Assembly (NCBI GenBank): GCA_041577695.1
Contig: JBFGIM010000003.1
Location: 1 to 52,705, forward strand
Direction of reading: 5' to 3'
Origin: Myxococcota bacterium
GTDB taxonomy: Bacteria > Myxococcota_A > UBA9160 > PR03
Length of the DNA: 52,705 nt
The notes under the pieces: generated by a model
Told to the model about the DNA's origin: nothing
Seen by the model: only the letters and a program-made list of their open reading frames with translations
Databases searched by the model: none
Program-made: the position numbers and the translations under genes
Part shown: piece by piece, positions 37,704 through 47,335 of the stretch
How positions within the stretch are numbered: the stretch's first letter is position 1
How the letters are laid out: each line of letters opens with the position of its first letter

Positions 37704-38960
37704 ATGCAGGAGCCCGGGACCCAGCCGCGCCGGTCGCGCCGCCTCCTCCGCGCCGTCGGCGTGGCCCTGGGGCTGCTCGTGGCCGTGGCCCTGTTCTACC
37801 GCAGCGAGCTGACCCAGCTCTACCGGGTGGCTCACCTCTTCGACCCCGACGTCATCGTCTACAACTTCCAGCACATGGACGAGCTGTTTCCGACGCACAC
37901 GGTCGCGCGGGGCGAACGGGTGTTCGAGTTCGGGCGCGTCGGTGGATACCAGCTGCCGGAGCGCTTCCCCTACCGGGACCAGATCTACGACACGGAGGAG
38001 TTCCTGGAGCGGACGGTATCCACCGGGCTGCTGGTCGTGAAGGACGACGACATCGTCTACGAACGCTACTGGCGCGGTCACTCTCCCGAGAGCCGACACA
38101 TCGCCTGGTCGGTGAGCAAGTCGGTGGTTTCGGCGCTCTTCGGCATCGCGGTGGCCGAGGGGCACATCGCCGACATCATGCAGCCGGTGACGGACTACGT
38201 GCCCGAGCTCGAGGGCTCCGGCTACGACGGAGTTCCGATCAAGCACGTGCTCCAGATGTCGTCCGGCGTCCGCTTCGACGAGAATTACGGCGACCCCGGC
38301 TCGGACATCAACCGCATGGGCCGCGTGGTGGCGCTGGGCAGCACGTTGCTCGAGTTCAGCGCCTCGCTCGAGCGCGAACGCGAGCCCGGCACGCTGCAGC
38401 ACTACGTCAGCATGGACACCCAGGTGCTGGGCACCATCCTGGTGCGAGCGACCGGCCAGGACCTGGCCACCTACACCTCCGAGAAGCTCTGGAAGCCGCT
38501 CGGCATGGAGCTCGATGCCTTCTGGATGGTCGACGACTCCGGGATGGAGATGGCCTTCGGCGGCCTCAACGCCGGCCTGCGCGACTACGCCCGCTTCGGG
38601 CGCCTGTTCCTGAACCGCGGCGAATGGAACGGTCGGCAGGTGATTCCCGTCGCCTGGGTCGAAGCCTCGGTGACGCCCGACGCGCCCCACCTGGTGCCGG
38701 GCCCGAAGCCCGACACGATCAATGCCCTCGGATACGGCTACCAGTGGTGGCTGCCCGCCGACTGGCGCGGCGACTTCGTGGCGCTGGGGGTCTACAACCA
38801 GATGATCTACGTCGACCCGCAGCACCGCATGGTCATCGCCAAGAACTCGGCAAACCCCGACTTCCAGCGCAACAACTTCGAGTCGACCAGCGAGATGCTC
38901 GCGCTGTGCCGGGCGATCGCCGTCGAACTGGCGCGCGGAGCTGGCGGCTCCGCGCGCTAG
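37704..38960 (+). CDS. Serine hydrolase, beta-lactamase class C/NylB-like
   Basis: WSVSKS (SxxK), HVLQMSSG, HYVS, GYGYQWW; N-terminal TM. Confidence 0.88.
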   Translation: MQEPGTQPRRSRRLLRAVGVALGLLVAVALFYRSELTQLYRVAHLFDPDVIVYNFQHMDELFPTHTVARGERVFEFGRVGGYQLPERFPYRDQIYDTEEFLERTVSTGLLVVKDDDIVYERYWRGHSPESRHIAWSVSKSVVSALFGIAVAEGHIADIMQPVTDYVPELEGSGYDGVPIKHVLQMSSGVRFDENYGDPGSDINRMGRVVALGSTLLEFSASLEREREPGTLQHYVSMDTQVLGTILVRATGQDLATYTSEKLWKPLGMELDAFWMVDDSGMEMAFGGLNAGLRDYARFGRLFLNRGEWNGRQVIPVAWVEASVTPDAPHLVPGPKPDTINALGYGYQWWLPADWRGDFVALGVYNQMIYVDPQHRMVIAKNSANPDFQRNNFESTSEMLALCRAIAVELARGAGGSAR

Positions 38961-38972
38961 CCGGCGATCAGA

Positions 38973-41900
38973 TCAGGACAGTCGTCGCGAGCGCCGCAGG
39001 GACCGCGCTCCCATCCAGACCGGCAGCAGGAGCGCCAGCTCGAAGCCGAGGCCGCAGCCGGTCTTCACGCGCTCGCGGTTGTCGCGGGACGAGTTGCAGT
39101 GGGCATCGGCCAGGTCGATGTTGCCATCACCGTCGTTGTCGACGCCGTCGTCACACTCCGGATTCTCGTTGTGGAGCCCGGAGTTGAGGCACGCGGGATC
39201 GAGCAGGTCCACCAGCCCGTCGCCGTCGTTGTCGATGGTGTCGTTGCAGGCACCGATGATGCTGCCGGGGTTGGCCGGATTCGTGCCCGCATCGAGCTCG
39301 TCGCCGTCGAGTGCGCCATCCTCGTCCCGATCGATGCCCATGCGAACCCCCGAGCCCGGCGGCGCGCAGGTGTAGGTCAGCGACTGGCCCGCCACGGCGG
39401 CGAAGGCATCGAGGGCCGCCTGGCTCAGGTCGGCCTCGGCCAGGCGATCGGAGTCGTAGTTGGAAGCTCCGGGGTCGAAGAGGAAGCCGCGCTCGTCGCC
39501 GGCCACCGTGCCCTTCACCACGAGGTCGCACTCGGTGACGCTGCCTCCCGCGAACTTGGAGACGAAGCCGGTACCCGCGCGCGTCTTCATCAGCGCGATG
39601 CGGGTCGCCACGTCGGCGATGCCCGAGCCATCGTCGGTCACCTGCTGGCCGACGATCGGCGCCAGGTCGCTGTCGAACTCGAGCATGAACTCTTCGACCT
39701 GCTGCCGCTGGGTGTCGTTGTCGAAGCCGATGAACGGCGGGAAGAGCGAGAAGACCTGGGCCCGGAAGAAGCGGAACATCGAGTCGGTGCTGCCGTCGTG
39801 GAGGAAGCCGAAGCCGCGCACCTGGTCGCCCTTGTGGGTGTTGTCGCCGCCGGGCAGGAAGAACGGGGCGTTCGGCATCCCGAACATCCCGACCTTCTGA
39901 TACATGTTACGCAGGTGCGGCACCTTCAGGATCTGGGTCTCGCCTTCGAAGCTCGCCAGACCACCGGTCCCGAAGAAGCCGTTGGCCGGATCCAGGTTGT
40001 GACAGGTGTTGCAGGTCTGGGTGTCGATGTTGTCGTTGAAGTAGATGTTGCGGCCGCTGCTGGCGGCAGCGGTGTGCGTGTTGTCGAGCGACTTCACCGG
40101 GTTCGGGGGCAGCACGATCTCGAGGGCGAAGTCGCTGAAGGCCTGCATGTCTCCGTTGGTCGGCAGCGCGTCGCGGCCCACCAGGCCCGGGAACGCCACG
40201 ATGAAGTTGCGGAAGTTCAGGTCCTCGTCGCCGGCGTTGGTGCCGCCTCCGGTGAGGTACGGGTCGTCCAGCCCGAAGAACCCGTCCACCCGGTCGCCGC
40301 GCCAGTGCATGGCGCCGCTGTTGGCCATGCCGCGCAGGGTCTGGGTCGTCATCGGGCCCTTCATGGGGTGGAACTCGTCGTCCGCAGCGCCGCCGTTGAC
40401 GGCGCCGGCCACGGGCACCGGCGTGAAGGGCGCAGTGTTGCTGGTGACGTCGCCGTCGGGGTCGCCCAGGTCCCAGGCCAGGCTGTCGAAGTCACCGAAG
40501 ATGTGGCAGCTCGAGCACGAGGCCTCGCCGTTGGACGAGGTGTTGAAGGCGTCGTAGAGCATCGGCCGCCCGTCCACCACCTGCGGGGGCTCGGGGTTGT
40601 AGAGCGGGGTCGTTCCGAGCTCGACGCCGGCGACGGTATCGATGATCGAGATGTCGCTGGTGAAGCGGTTGTAGACGTAGAGCCGGTCCTTGGCTTCGAG
40701 CAGCTCCAGACCGGCGGGTCCGCTGCCGCTCAGGTCGATGTACTGGGCGCTCTGCACGGTGGGATCGAAGCTGTCGTTCTCGAGCGTGGCGGTCTGGAAC
40801 ACGCCGACCTTGCGGGACCCGAAGGCCGCCACGTAGACCGTGCTGCCGTCGCTGCTGAAGCGCATCTCGAGGGGCGTGGCGAGGCTGTGGTCCGCGGTCC
40901 CCGCCGGCGCCGGCGTCACACCGTAGTTGATGTGCTTGTTGAGATGGCGCGGGGTCACGGTGGAGGCGCCGGACAGGACGCTGATGCGGTACTGGGCCAG
41001 GTTGCCCTGCACGGTGCTGGGGCCGAAGACGCCGTCTCCCTCGAAACGGGTCAGGTTCTGCGACTCGGCGTTCGAGACGTAGACCTTCCCCGAGGTGGGA
41101 TGCACCGCCATGTTGAACAGGATGGTGCCGACGTGATCGTAGATGTTGCTCTTGACCAGGGTGTTGGCGTCGAGGGCGAAGACGTCGTGGTCGGGCAGGA
41201 AGAAGCGGACGCCGTTGCTCCAGTTGCGGCCCAGCTCGTCGCGCCACTCACCGGATCCCTGGTCGAACTTGACGATCAGACCGACCTCGGGGGCGGTCAC
41301 CAGCTGGTGGTTGGTCGCGGGCCCGGGATTCCCGCCGGGCAGGTTGCCGCCTCCCAGACCGTTGGGGGAGGTGACGCCGTCACCGGCGCAGGCACCGGCA
41401 CCGGCGAACCCGTCGCACACCATGCCGGCATCCACGGCGGTGGTCTGGTTCCCGGAGTGGAAGGCGGCGACGTACACGGTGGTACCGTCCGTCGCGAGCG
41501 CGCGCGGCGTGTCGGCAAAGAAGGTCACCACGTCCACCGGCGTGCCGCCGATGGTGTTGCCGAGGGAGAGCGCGTCGAACACCCAGACGTCGGCGCGGTC
41601 GATCCCCTCGGTGGTGAAACGCGGGTCGGCCGGATTGCTGCCGCCGAATACGCCCGAGATCGAGGCGTGGGTGCGGTGTTGGCCGCGGTGGGCGGTGGTG
41701 ATGAAGGCGCGGTTGCCGCCGGTTCCAGCGAAGACGATGTCGCGCGGCTCGTCGCCGACCAGGAGTGTGCGCACCACGCGCGGCGGATCCACCGAGACGT
41801 CCACCACGCTGACGCTGTCCGAGAGGTGGTTCACCACCCAGACCTCGTCGTTGGTGCGGGCGGCGACTGCCACCGGCTCCATGCCGACCTGCACCGAGCC

Positions 41901-42107
41901 GTCGTGGCGCAGCGTCCCGTCGGCGCGAACGGTGAAGATCTCGAGCCGGTTGTCGGGAATGTTGACGGCGTAGAGGTTCGTGCCGTCCGGGGAGAGGGCC
42001 AGCGGACGGACCGGGCCGGACTCGAAGACCATGAAGCGGGCCTGCGCCTGCACGGCGGCGAGCGACAGGAACAGAAGCGAGATGATGGCGAACGAACGGG
42101 CGCGCAC
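38973..42107 (-). CDS. Secreted YVTN beta-propeller/di-haem cytochrome c (CcP/MauG-like) surface protein
   Basis: Signal peptide AQA; propeller motifs (YAVN, WVVN, YVSN, YVYN); CSSCH and CNTCH; KVPHLRN, FLHDG; Cys/Asp repeats; C-terminal anchor. Confidence 0.85.
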   Translation of the reverse strand: MRARSFAIISLLFLSLAAVQAQARFMVFESGPVRPLALSPDGTNLYAVNIPDNRLEIFTVRADGTLRHDGSVQVGMEPVAVAARTNDEVWVVNHLSDSVSVVDVSVDPPRVVRTLLVGDEPRDIVFAGTGGNRAFITTAHRGQHRTHASISGVFGGSNPADPRFTTEGIDRADVWVFDALSLGNTIGGTPVDVVTFFADTPRALATDGTTVYVAAFHSGNQTTAVDAGMVCDGFAGAGACAGDGVTSPNGLGGGNLPGGNPGPATNHQLVTAPEVGLIVKFDQGSGEWRDELGRNWSNGVRFFLPDHDVFALDANTLVKSNIYDHVGTILFNMAVHPTSGKVYVSNAESQNLTRFEGDGVFGPSTVQGNLAQYRISVLSGASTVTPRHLNKHINYGVTPAPAGTADHSLATPLEMRFSSDGSTVYVAAFGSRKVGVFQTATLENDSFDPTVQSAQYIDLSGSGPAGLELLEAKDRLYVYNRFTSDISIIDTVAGVELGTTPLYNPEPPQVVDGRPMLYDAFNTSSNGEASCSSCHIFGDFDSLAWDLGDPDGDVTSNTAPFTPVPVAGAVNGGAADDEFHPMKGPMTTQTLRGMANSGAMHWRGDRVDGFFGLDDPYLTGGGTNAGDEDLNFRNFIVAFPGLVGRDALPTNGDMQAFSDFALEIVLPPNPVKSLDNTHTAAASSGRNIYFNDNIDTQTCNTCHNLDPANGFFGTGGLASFEGETQILKVPHLRNMYQKVGMFGMPNAPFFLPGGDNTHKGDQVRGFGFLHDGSTDSMFRFFRAQVFSLFPPFIGFDNDTQRQQVEEFMLEFDSDLAPIVGQQVTDDGSGIADVATRIALMKTRAGTGFVSKFAGGSVTECDLVVKGTVAGDERGFLFDPGASNYDSDRLAEADLSQAALDAFAAVAGQSLTYTCAPPGSGVRMGIDRDEDGALDGDELDAGTNPANPGSIIGACNDTIDNDGDGLVDLLDPACLNSGLHNENPECDDGVDNDGDGNIDLADAHCNSSRDNRERVKTGCGLGFELALLLPVWMGARSLRRSRRLS
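39096..39248 (-). repeat. Two Cys-bracketed DNDGDG (Ca-binding-like) protein repeats
   Basis: CNDTIDNDGDGLVDLLDPAC and CDDGVDNDGDGNIDLADAHC. Confidence 0.8.
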
Positions 42108-42228
42108 GGTGACCTCCCTGATCAGCTTGATCCGGCGCGGACACCGGCAAGAGCGTCGGGGGAGGATAACACGACCCCGCGGGGCCACAGGGTTGGGCGC
42201 GCGGGAGCGCGCTGCTGCTGATCTCCGG

Positions 42229-42906
42229 CTAGCTGCCGGCGCGCGCCGTCCAGGCGAGCCGATAGGTCGCGCTTCGCGTCGCTGGGTCCATACGCGCCAG
42301 ATCAGCGCTGCCGTCGCAGCCGCAGATCGTGAAGAGCGGTCCCATGCCGATGCCGAGCGAGCGCAGCCAGACGCGGTGACTCGCGATCTCGGTCGGCAGG
42401 GCGCGCGCCCGCACCGTGAGCTCGGCGGGGCCGGCGCCCTCGACCGTCCACTCGCCGCAGCCGCGGAAGACGATCTGCAGCGCGCCCGGGATCCAGCGCG
42501 CCAGTGACGCCGGTTCCTTGCCCAGCATGCGGACGGCGGGCGCGATGAAGCTGCGCCAGAGCGGCGTCTCGAACTGGGCGTAGACGCACTCGGCAAGCAG
42601 CGCGAGGCCGCGGTCCTCGCCGAGCCCCGCGCAGATGGCTTCGACCGCGCGCACGTTGATCGAGACGGGAAGCCAGGTGGTGCGAGGCGCGTCGTTCACG
42701 TCGTGCAGGAGCGCCGCATCGTGCTCGGCCAGCATACCGAGCTGACCGCGCTGCTCGAGCTCGTGGAAGAGGTTCTTCATGTACGCGGCGCGAACGCCGG
42801 GCGCGGTCGTGGGCTTGGACAAGGTGCGGAGCTCCGCGGTCCGTATCGGCACTTCGGACGACGCTCTGAATCGGGATTCCTGGCGGGTAGGCGGCGCCTC
42901 CTGCAT
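42229..42906 (-). CDS. Hypothetical protein, possibly myxobacterial DUF2378/V4R-like
   Basis: Typical codon usage; TTWLP..W..F pattern and final YRLAW strand; start uncertain. Confidence 0.55.
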   Translation of the reverse strand: MQEAPPTRQESRFRASSEVPIRTAELRTLSKPTTAPGVRAAYMKNLFHELEQRGQLGMLAEHDAALLHDVNDAPRTTWLPVSINVRAVEAICAGLGEDRGLALLAECVYAQFETPLWRSFIAPAVRMLGKEPASLARWIPGALQIVFRGCGEWTVEGAGPAELTVRARALPTEIASHRVWLRSLGIGMGPLFTICGCDGSADLARMDPATRSATYRLAWTARAGS

Positions 42907-42970
42907 GCTCGAGGCGGCCGTATCGCGGGCTGAACGATCGTTCGAAGCGGACCGCAAGCGAGGACGGACG

Positions 42971-43570
42971 ATGGATTCCTGTGAGTCCCTGCCGGACGCG
43001 CCCCTCGGCGCGAACGGACCTGCCTCCGAAGCCCTGCTCCGCGCCGGATGCACCGGATTCCGCGAGGCGGCCCGCTACCTGCGGCAGCTTCCCTACGGGC
43101 GCAACTCGGACCGCTCCGACTACCGCCTGGTGCTCCTCGAGGGCCGCGGCACCTGCAGCACGAAGCACGCCCTGCTGGCGGCGGTGGCCCGCGAGCAGGG
43201 GCTACCCGTCGTGCTCACGATCGGGATCTACGAGATGAACCAGGAGAACACGCCGGGCGTGGGTCCGGCGCTGGCTCGGCACGGACTGGAATCGCTGCCG
43301 GAAGCCCACTGCTACCTGCGCCACGACGGGCGCCGGATCGACATCACGCGTGCCGGCCTCGCCGCGGCGGAACCCATCACCTGCTTCCACGCCGAGACGG
43401 CGATCGATCCGGAGCAGATCGGCGACTACAAGGTCGCATTCCATCGAGAGCATCTTCGACGCTGGCTCGGCAGCCGCCCCGGGTCGTCGCTCTCGCTCGA
43501 CGCCCTGTGGCGGATTCGCGAGTCCTGCATCGAGGCCCTCGGCACGAACCCGCGAGCAGGAAAGCCGTGA
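42971..43570 (+). CDS. Transglutaminase-like cysteine protease fold protein
   Basis: LPYGRNS, GTCSTKH, PEAHCYL, IDIT (Cys-His-Asp). Confidence 0.75.
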   Translation: MDSCESLPDAPLGANGPASEALLRAGCTGFREAARYLRQLPYGRNSDRSDYRLVLLEGRGTCSTKHALLAAVAREQGLPVVLTIGIYEMNQENTPGVGPALARHGLESLPEAHCYLRHDGRRIDITRAGLAAAEPITCFHAETAIDPEQIGDYKVAFHREHLRRWLGSRPGSSLSLDALWRIRESCIEALGTNPRAGKP

Positions 43571-44469
43571 TGCGATTCAGCAGCTTCTTGCTCGCGATGA
43601 TCCTGGTGCTCGGCGCCCTCTTCGTCGCCGGCCGCTGGATCTCGGCAGACCTCGAACCGCTGGCACGGGCCACCGAGGCCTCGGACCCGGACACCTCGTT
43701 CGTGACCACCCGCTCCGGGCGCGTCCACGTGCTCGATGCGGGCGAGGGCGACGTCCTGCTGCTCCTGCACGGCTCCGGCCGCAGCGTGGCCGACTGGCAG
43801 GAGGGGCTCGCCGCCCGGCTCGCACGCCGCCACCGGGTGATCGGCTACGACAACTACGGCTTCGGGTCGAGCGACCGGGACCACGGTCTGCGCTACGGCA
43901 ACGCGCTGTGGGCACAGCAGGCGATCGACCTCCTGGACGCCCTGGGCGTCCAGCGGTCCGTGGTCATGGGGCACTCGGCGGGCGGCGTGGTGGCGGCCTG
44001 TCTGGCGGCGGATCACCCGGAGCGGATCCGGGGTGCCGTCTTCGTCGGCCACGGAATGGCGATGGACCCGACCCAGGTCGTCCCGTTCGTGCCGGGACTC
44101 GGCGAAATCTGGGTGTCGCGCATGACGGTCTTCGGCGACACCTTCTCTCCGCAGCATCGCACCCGACTCGAGGCGGCCTACCGGATCCGGGGCACCCGAG
44201 CCGCGCTGCTCACCTTCATCCGCCGCCAGTACACCATCGACGGCTTCCGGCTCCTGCGCGGCACCTACGAGGACATCCGCGTTCCGGTGCTCCAGGTGCA
44301 CGGCGCCCTGGACGCATCGATCCCGATCGACGCGGCGCGCGGGCTGACAGCACGGATCGCCGACTCGCGCTTCGTGGAGGTTGCAGGCGTGGGCCACGAC
44401 GTGCACGTGGAGGCGCCCGACCTGCTGGCCGACGAGATCGAGGCATTCGCGGCGACCCTGGAGCCGTGA
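43570..44469 (+). CDS. Alpha/beta hydrolase with N-terminal TM
   Basis: LLLHG, GFGSSD, GHSAGG, GHDVHVE. Confidence 0.9.
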   Translation: MRFSSFLLAMILVLGALFVAGRWISADLEPLARATEASDPDTSFVTTRSGRVHVLDAGEGDVLLLLHGSGRSVADWQEGLAARLARRHRVIGYDNYGFGSSDRDHGLRYGNALWAQQAIDLLDALGVQRSVVMGHSAGGVVAACLAADHPERIRGAVFVGHGMAMDPTQVVPFVPGLGEIWVSRMTVFGDTFSPQHRTRLEAAYRIRGTRAALLTFIRRQYTIDGFRLLRGTYEDIRVPVLQVHGALDASIPIDAARGLTARIADSRFVEVAGVGHDVHVEAPDLLADEIEAFAATLEP

Positions 44470-44535
44470 GGAGGGCCACGGCGCTCGGAGCGATGGTACC
44501 CTGAACGATATGCCAGGAGGCGTGGGGGAAGGGGC

Positions 44536-44925
44536 GTGCAGCTGACGCGTTGGGTGCTCTGGGCTTCGGCGCTCGCCTACGGAGGCGTGGGGCTGGCGTT
44601 CCTGGTCGCTCCCCAGACCATGGGTGCGGCGGTCGACCTGAGCCTGGAGAGCGCCACTGCCGACAACGACGTGCGCGCCGTCTACGGCGGCACGGGTGTC
44701 GGTCTCGCCGTCTTCCTGGTCGCCGGGGCCGCGCGGCCCGGCTGGCATCGGCCGGCGCTCTTCGTGGTGATCGCGACCCTGGCGAGCATGGCCAGCGCGC
44801 GCTTCCTGAGCTGGGCGATCGCCGGCGCGCCCGGCCCGATCGGATACGTCCTGCACGGCGCCGAGATCACCGGACTGGTGTTGGGGATCGTGGCGCTCCG
44901 AAGACTGGGGAGATCGCATGCGTAG
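44536..44925 (+). CDS. DUF4345-type membrane protein
   Basis: DVRAVYGG motif with four TM segments. Confidence 0.75.
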   Translation: MQLTRWVLWASALAYGGVGLAFLVAPQTMGAAVDLSLESATADNDVRAVYGGTGVGLAVFLVAGAARPGWHRPALFVVIATLASMASARFLSWAIAGAPGPIGYVLHGAEITGLVLGIVALRRLGRSHA

Positions 44926-45427
44926 TACCCGCTGGGTTCCGTTGGCGTTCGCGGTGGCGCTGGCCTGTTCACAGGCGTCCGTGCCGGAGGTCACCGTTCT
45001 CGAGATCCCGCTCGACGGGCTGGAGGAGGTGATCACCCAGCAGGACGTCGCGCTGGATGCCGGGGTGAGCTCCGATGGGGCCGGCTCGATCCTCATCGAT
45101 GCGACCGGACCGACCAGGATCGAGATCGCCGACGTCGAGATCCCTCCCATTGACGACGCGCGCCTGATCTACCGGGCCCAGCTCCGCAGCCGGGATCTGG
45201 AGGGGACGGCATACCTCGAGATGTGGTGCGTGTTCCCCGACAAGGGCGAGTACTTCTCGCGCGCGCTCCAGGCGCCGCTCTCGGGTACGAGCGAGTGGAC
45301 CAGCCAGGAGACGCCCTTCCTCCTGCAGAAGGGCCAGGTGCCGAGCCGCGTGCGACTCAACGTCGTGGTCGACGGCAAGGGGACGGTCTGGATCGATGAC
45401 GTCGTGCTGGTGAGAGCGTCGCTCTGA
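44918..45427 (+). CDS. Lipoprotein with jelly-roll (CBM-like) domain
   Basis: ALAC lipobox; SGTSEW, GKGTVWIDDV. Confidence 0.7.
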   Translation: MRSTRWVPLAFAVALACSQASVPEVTVLEIPLDGLEEVITQQDVALDAGVSSDGAGSILIDATGPTRIEIADVEIPPIDDARLIYRAQLRSRDLEGTAYLEMWCVFPDKGEYFSRALQAPLSGTSEWTSQETPFLLQKGQVPSRVRLNVVVDGKGTVWIDDVVLVRASL

Positions 45428-45494
45428 CCCCAACGCGAGTCGCTCGCGACGCCCGCGGCGGCTGCGGCTACCCTGGCGCGATGCGAGAGTGGCG

Positions 45495-46388
45495 ATGAAG
45501 ATCCGCGTGCTCGGCTCTGCCGCGGGTGGCGGACTTCCCCAGTGGAACTGCGGCTGCGACAACTGCGTGCGGGCGCGCGCAGGCGATCCCGCGGTGCCGT
45601 CGCGCAGCCAGCCCTCGATCGCGGTGTCGGCCGACGGCCGGCGTTGGTCGCTGCTCAACGGCAGCCCGGACGTGCGCGACCAGCTGGCCCGTTTCCCGGG
45701 TCTGCACCCGCGCCCGGGCACCCGCGACCTGCCGCTCGACACCCTGCTGGTGACCAACGCCGACATCGACCACGTACTGGGCCTGCTGGTGCTGCGCGAG
45801 GCCCTGCCCTACCGCATCGTCTCCACCGCCTGGGTGCGCAGCGCGCTGCTCGACCACAACGCCGCCTGGCGCCTGCTCGAGCCGGCCTGGAGCACGGCGC
45901 GGCTCGACCACGCCATCCCGCTCGACCGCGACGGCGCGCTGGAGGCGCGCTTCTTCCCGGTTCCGGGCAAGGTGCCCACCTGGCTTGGCGACCTGGCGAA
46001 GAACCACGCCGAGGCGACCGTGGGCGTCCGCATCACCGACACGCGGAGCGGCCGGCGGCTGGTCTATGCACCGGGGTCCAGGTCGCTGAACGCGGGCACG
46101 CGGGCGGAGCTCGAGGCCGCGCACCTCGCCTTCGTGGACGGCACCTTCTACACCGCGCACGAGCTCCAGGCGTCGCGCCCGGGGGCGCCCGACGCCCACG
46201 CCATGGGACACGTGCCGATCGCGGGCCCGGGCGGCAGCCTCGAAGTGCTCGCCAAGCTCGATGCGCGCTGTCTCTACATCCACCTGAACAACACGAACCC
46301 GGTGCTCGACGAGGGCTCGGCCGCAGCGGCCGCGGTGCGGGCGGCGGGCGTCGAGGTGGCGCGCGACGGCATGGAGCTGGAGCTGTGA
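45495..46388 (+). CDS. pqqB: PQQ biosynthesis protein PqqB
   Basis: LGSAAGGGLPQWNCGCDNC, NADIDH, VPGKVP, HLNNTNP. Confidence 0.93.
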   Translation: MKIRVLGSAAGGGLPQWNCGCDNCVRARAGDPAVPSRSQPSIAVSADGRRWSLLNGSPDVRDQLARFPGLHPRPGTRDLPLDTLLVTNADIDHVLGLLVLREALPYRIVSTAWVRSALLDHNAAWRLLEPAWSTARLDHAIPLDRDGALEARFFPVPGKVPTWLGDLAKNHAEATVGVRITDTRSGRRLVYAPGSRSLNAGTRAELEAAHLAFVDGTFYTAHELQASRPGAPDAHAMGHVPIAGPGGSLEVLAKLDARCLYIHLNNTNPVLDEGSAAAAAVRAAGVEVARDGMELEL

Positions 46389-47335
46389 GCGAGGGCCTCG
46401 AGGCGTTCGAGGCGCGGCTGCGCCGGGTCGGCGCCGAGCGCTATCACCACCTTCACCCGTTCAACGTGCGGATGCACGCCGGCGCGCTGTCGCCCGAGGA
46501 GATCCGCACCTGGGTGCGCAACCGCTACTACTACCAGACGCGCATCCCGCGCAAGGACGCCTCGATCCTGGCCAAGGCGCCGGACGCCGCCTTCCGGCGT
46601 GCGTGGATCCAGCGCATCCACGACCACGACGGCGACCCGGACCAGGAAGGCGGCCTCGAGCTGTGGCTGCGGCTGGCCGAAGCCGTGGGCCTGGATCGCG
46701 GTCCCGTGGAACGCTTGGACGGGGTGCTTCCCGGGGTGCGCCGCGCCTGCGACGCCTACGTCGATTTCGTCGAGCAGCACGACCTGCTGGAGGCGGTGGC
46801 CGCGTCGCTCACCGAGCTCTTCGCGGGCGAGCTGATGGCGGGTCGCATCGAAGCCTTCGAGAAGCACTACCCCTGGGTCGAGTCCGAGGGACTGAGCTAC
46901 TTCCGCACCCGCACCCGCCTGGCGCCCCGCGACGCCGCCTTCGGCCTGCGCTTCGTGGTGGAGCACGCCCGCGACTTCGAGACGCAGCAGCGCTGCGTCG
47001 AGGCGCTGGAGCGCAAGTGCGAGATCCTGTGGAGCCTGCTCGACGCGGTCGAGCAGGCGCATCGGGCGCCGCGCATCGCGTCGCACGTACAGCTCCGCGG
47101 CGATCCGGAGCAGCCCGAGAAGTGGCTCGCGGTGCTGCCCGAACGCGCGGTGCGCGTCAACGAGGCCGGCCACGAGATCCTCGAGCTGTGCGATGGCGAG
47201 CGCAGCGCCGAGGCGCTGATGGCGACCCTGCGGGCGCGACATCCCGGCGTGGAGCGGCTCTCGGAGGACGTCTGCGACTTCCTCGACAACATGGCACGGA
47301 TCGGCGTCGTGTCGTGGTCGGACCCCGAGCGGTGA
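46385..47335 (+). CDS. pqqC: PqqC-PqqD fusion
   Basis: YHHLHPF, NRYYYQ, RIHDHDG, SLTELFA, APRD; C-terminal LPERAVRVN..EILELCDG (PqqD/RRE). Confidence 0.9.
   Translation: MSEGLEAFEARLRRVGAERYHHLHPFNVRMHAGALSPEEIRTWVRNRYYYQTRIPRKDASILAKAPDAAFRRAWIQRIHDHDGDPDQEGGLELWLRLAEAVGLDRGPVERLDGVLPGVRRACDAYVDFVEQHDLLEAVAASLTELFAGELMAGRIEAFEKHYPWVESEGLSYFRTRTRLAPRDAAFGLRFVVEHARDFETQQRCVEALERKCEILWSLLDAVEQAHRAPRIASHVQLRGDPEQPEKWLAVLPERAVRVNEAGHEILELCDGERSAEALMATLRARHPGVERLSEDVCDFLDNMARIGVVSWSDPER

Noticed and set aside
37704-38960. Beta-lactam resistance gene
   Set aside because: Motifs fit the broad esterase/NylB-like serine hydrolase group; nothing indicates a true AmpC.
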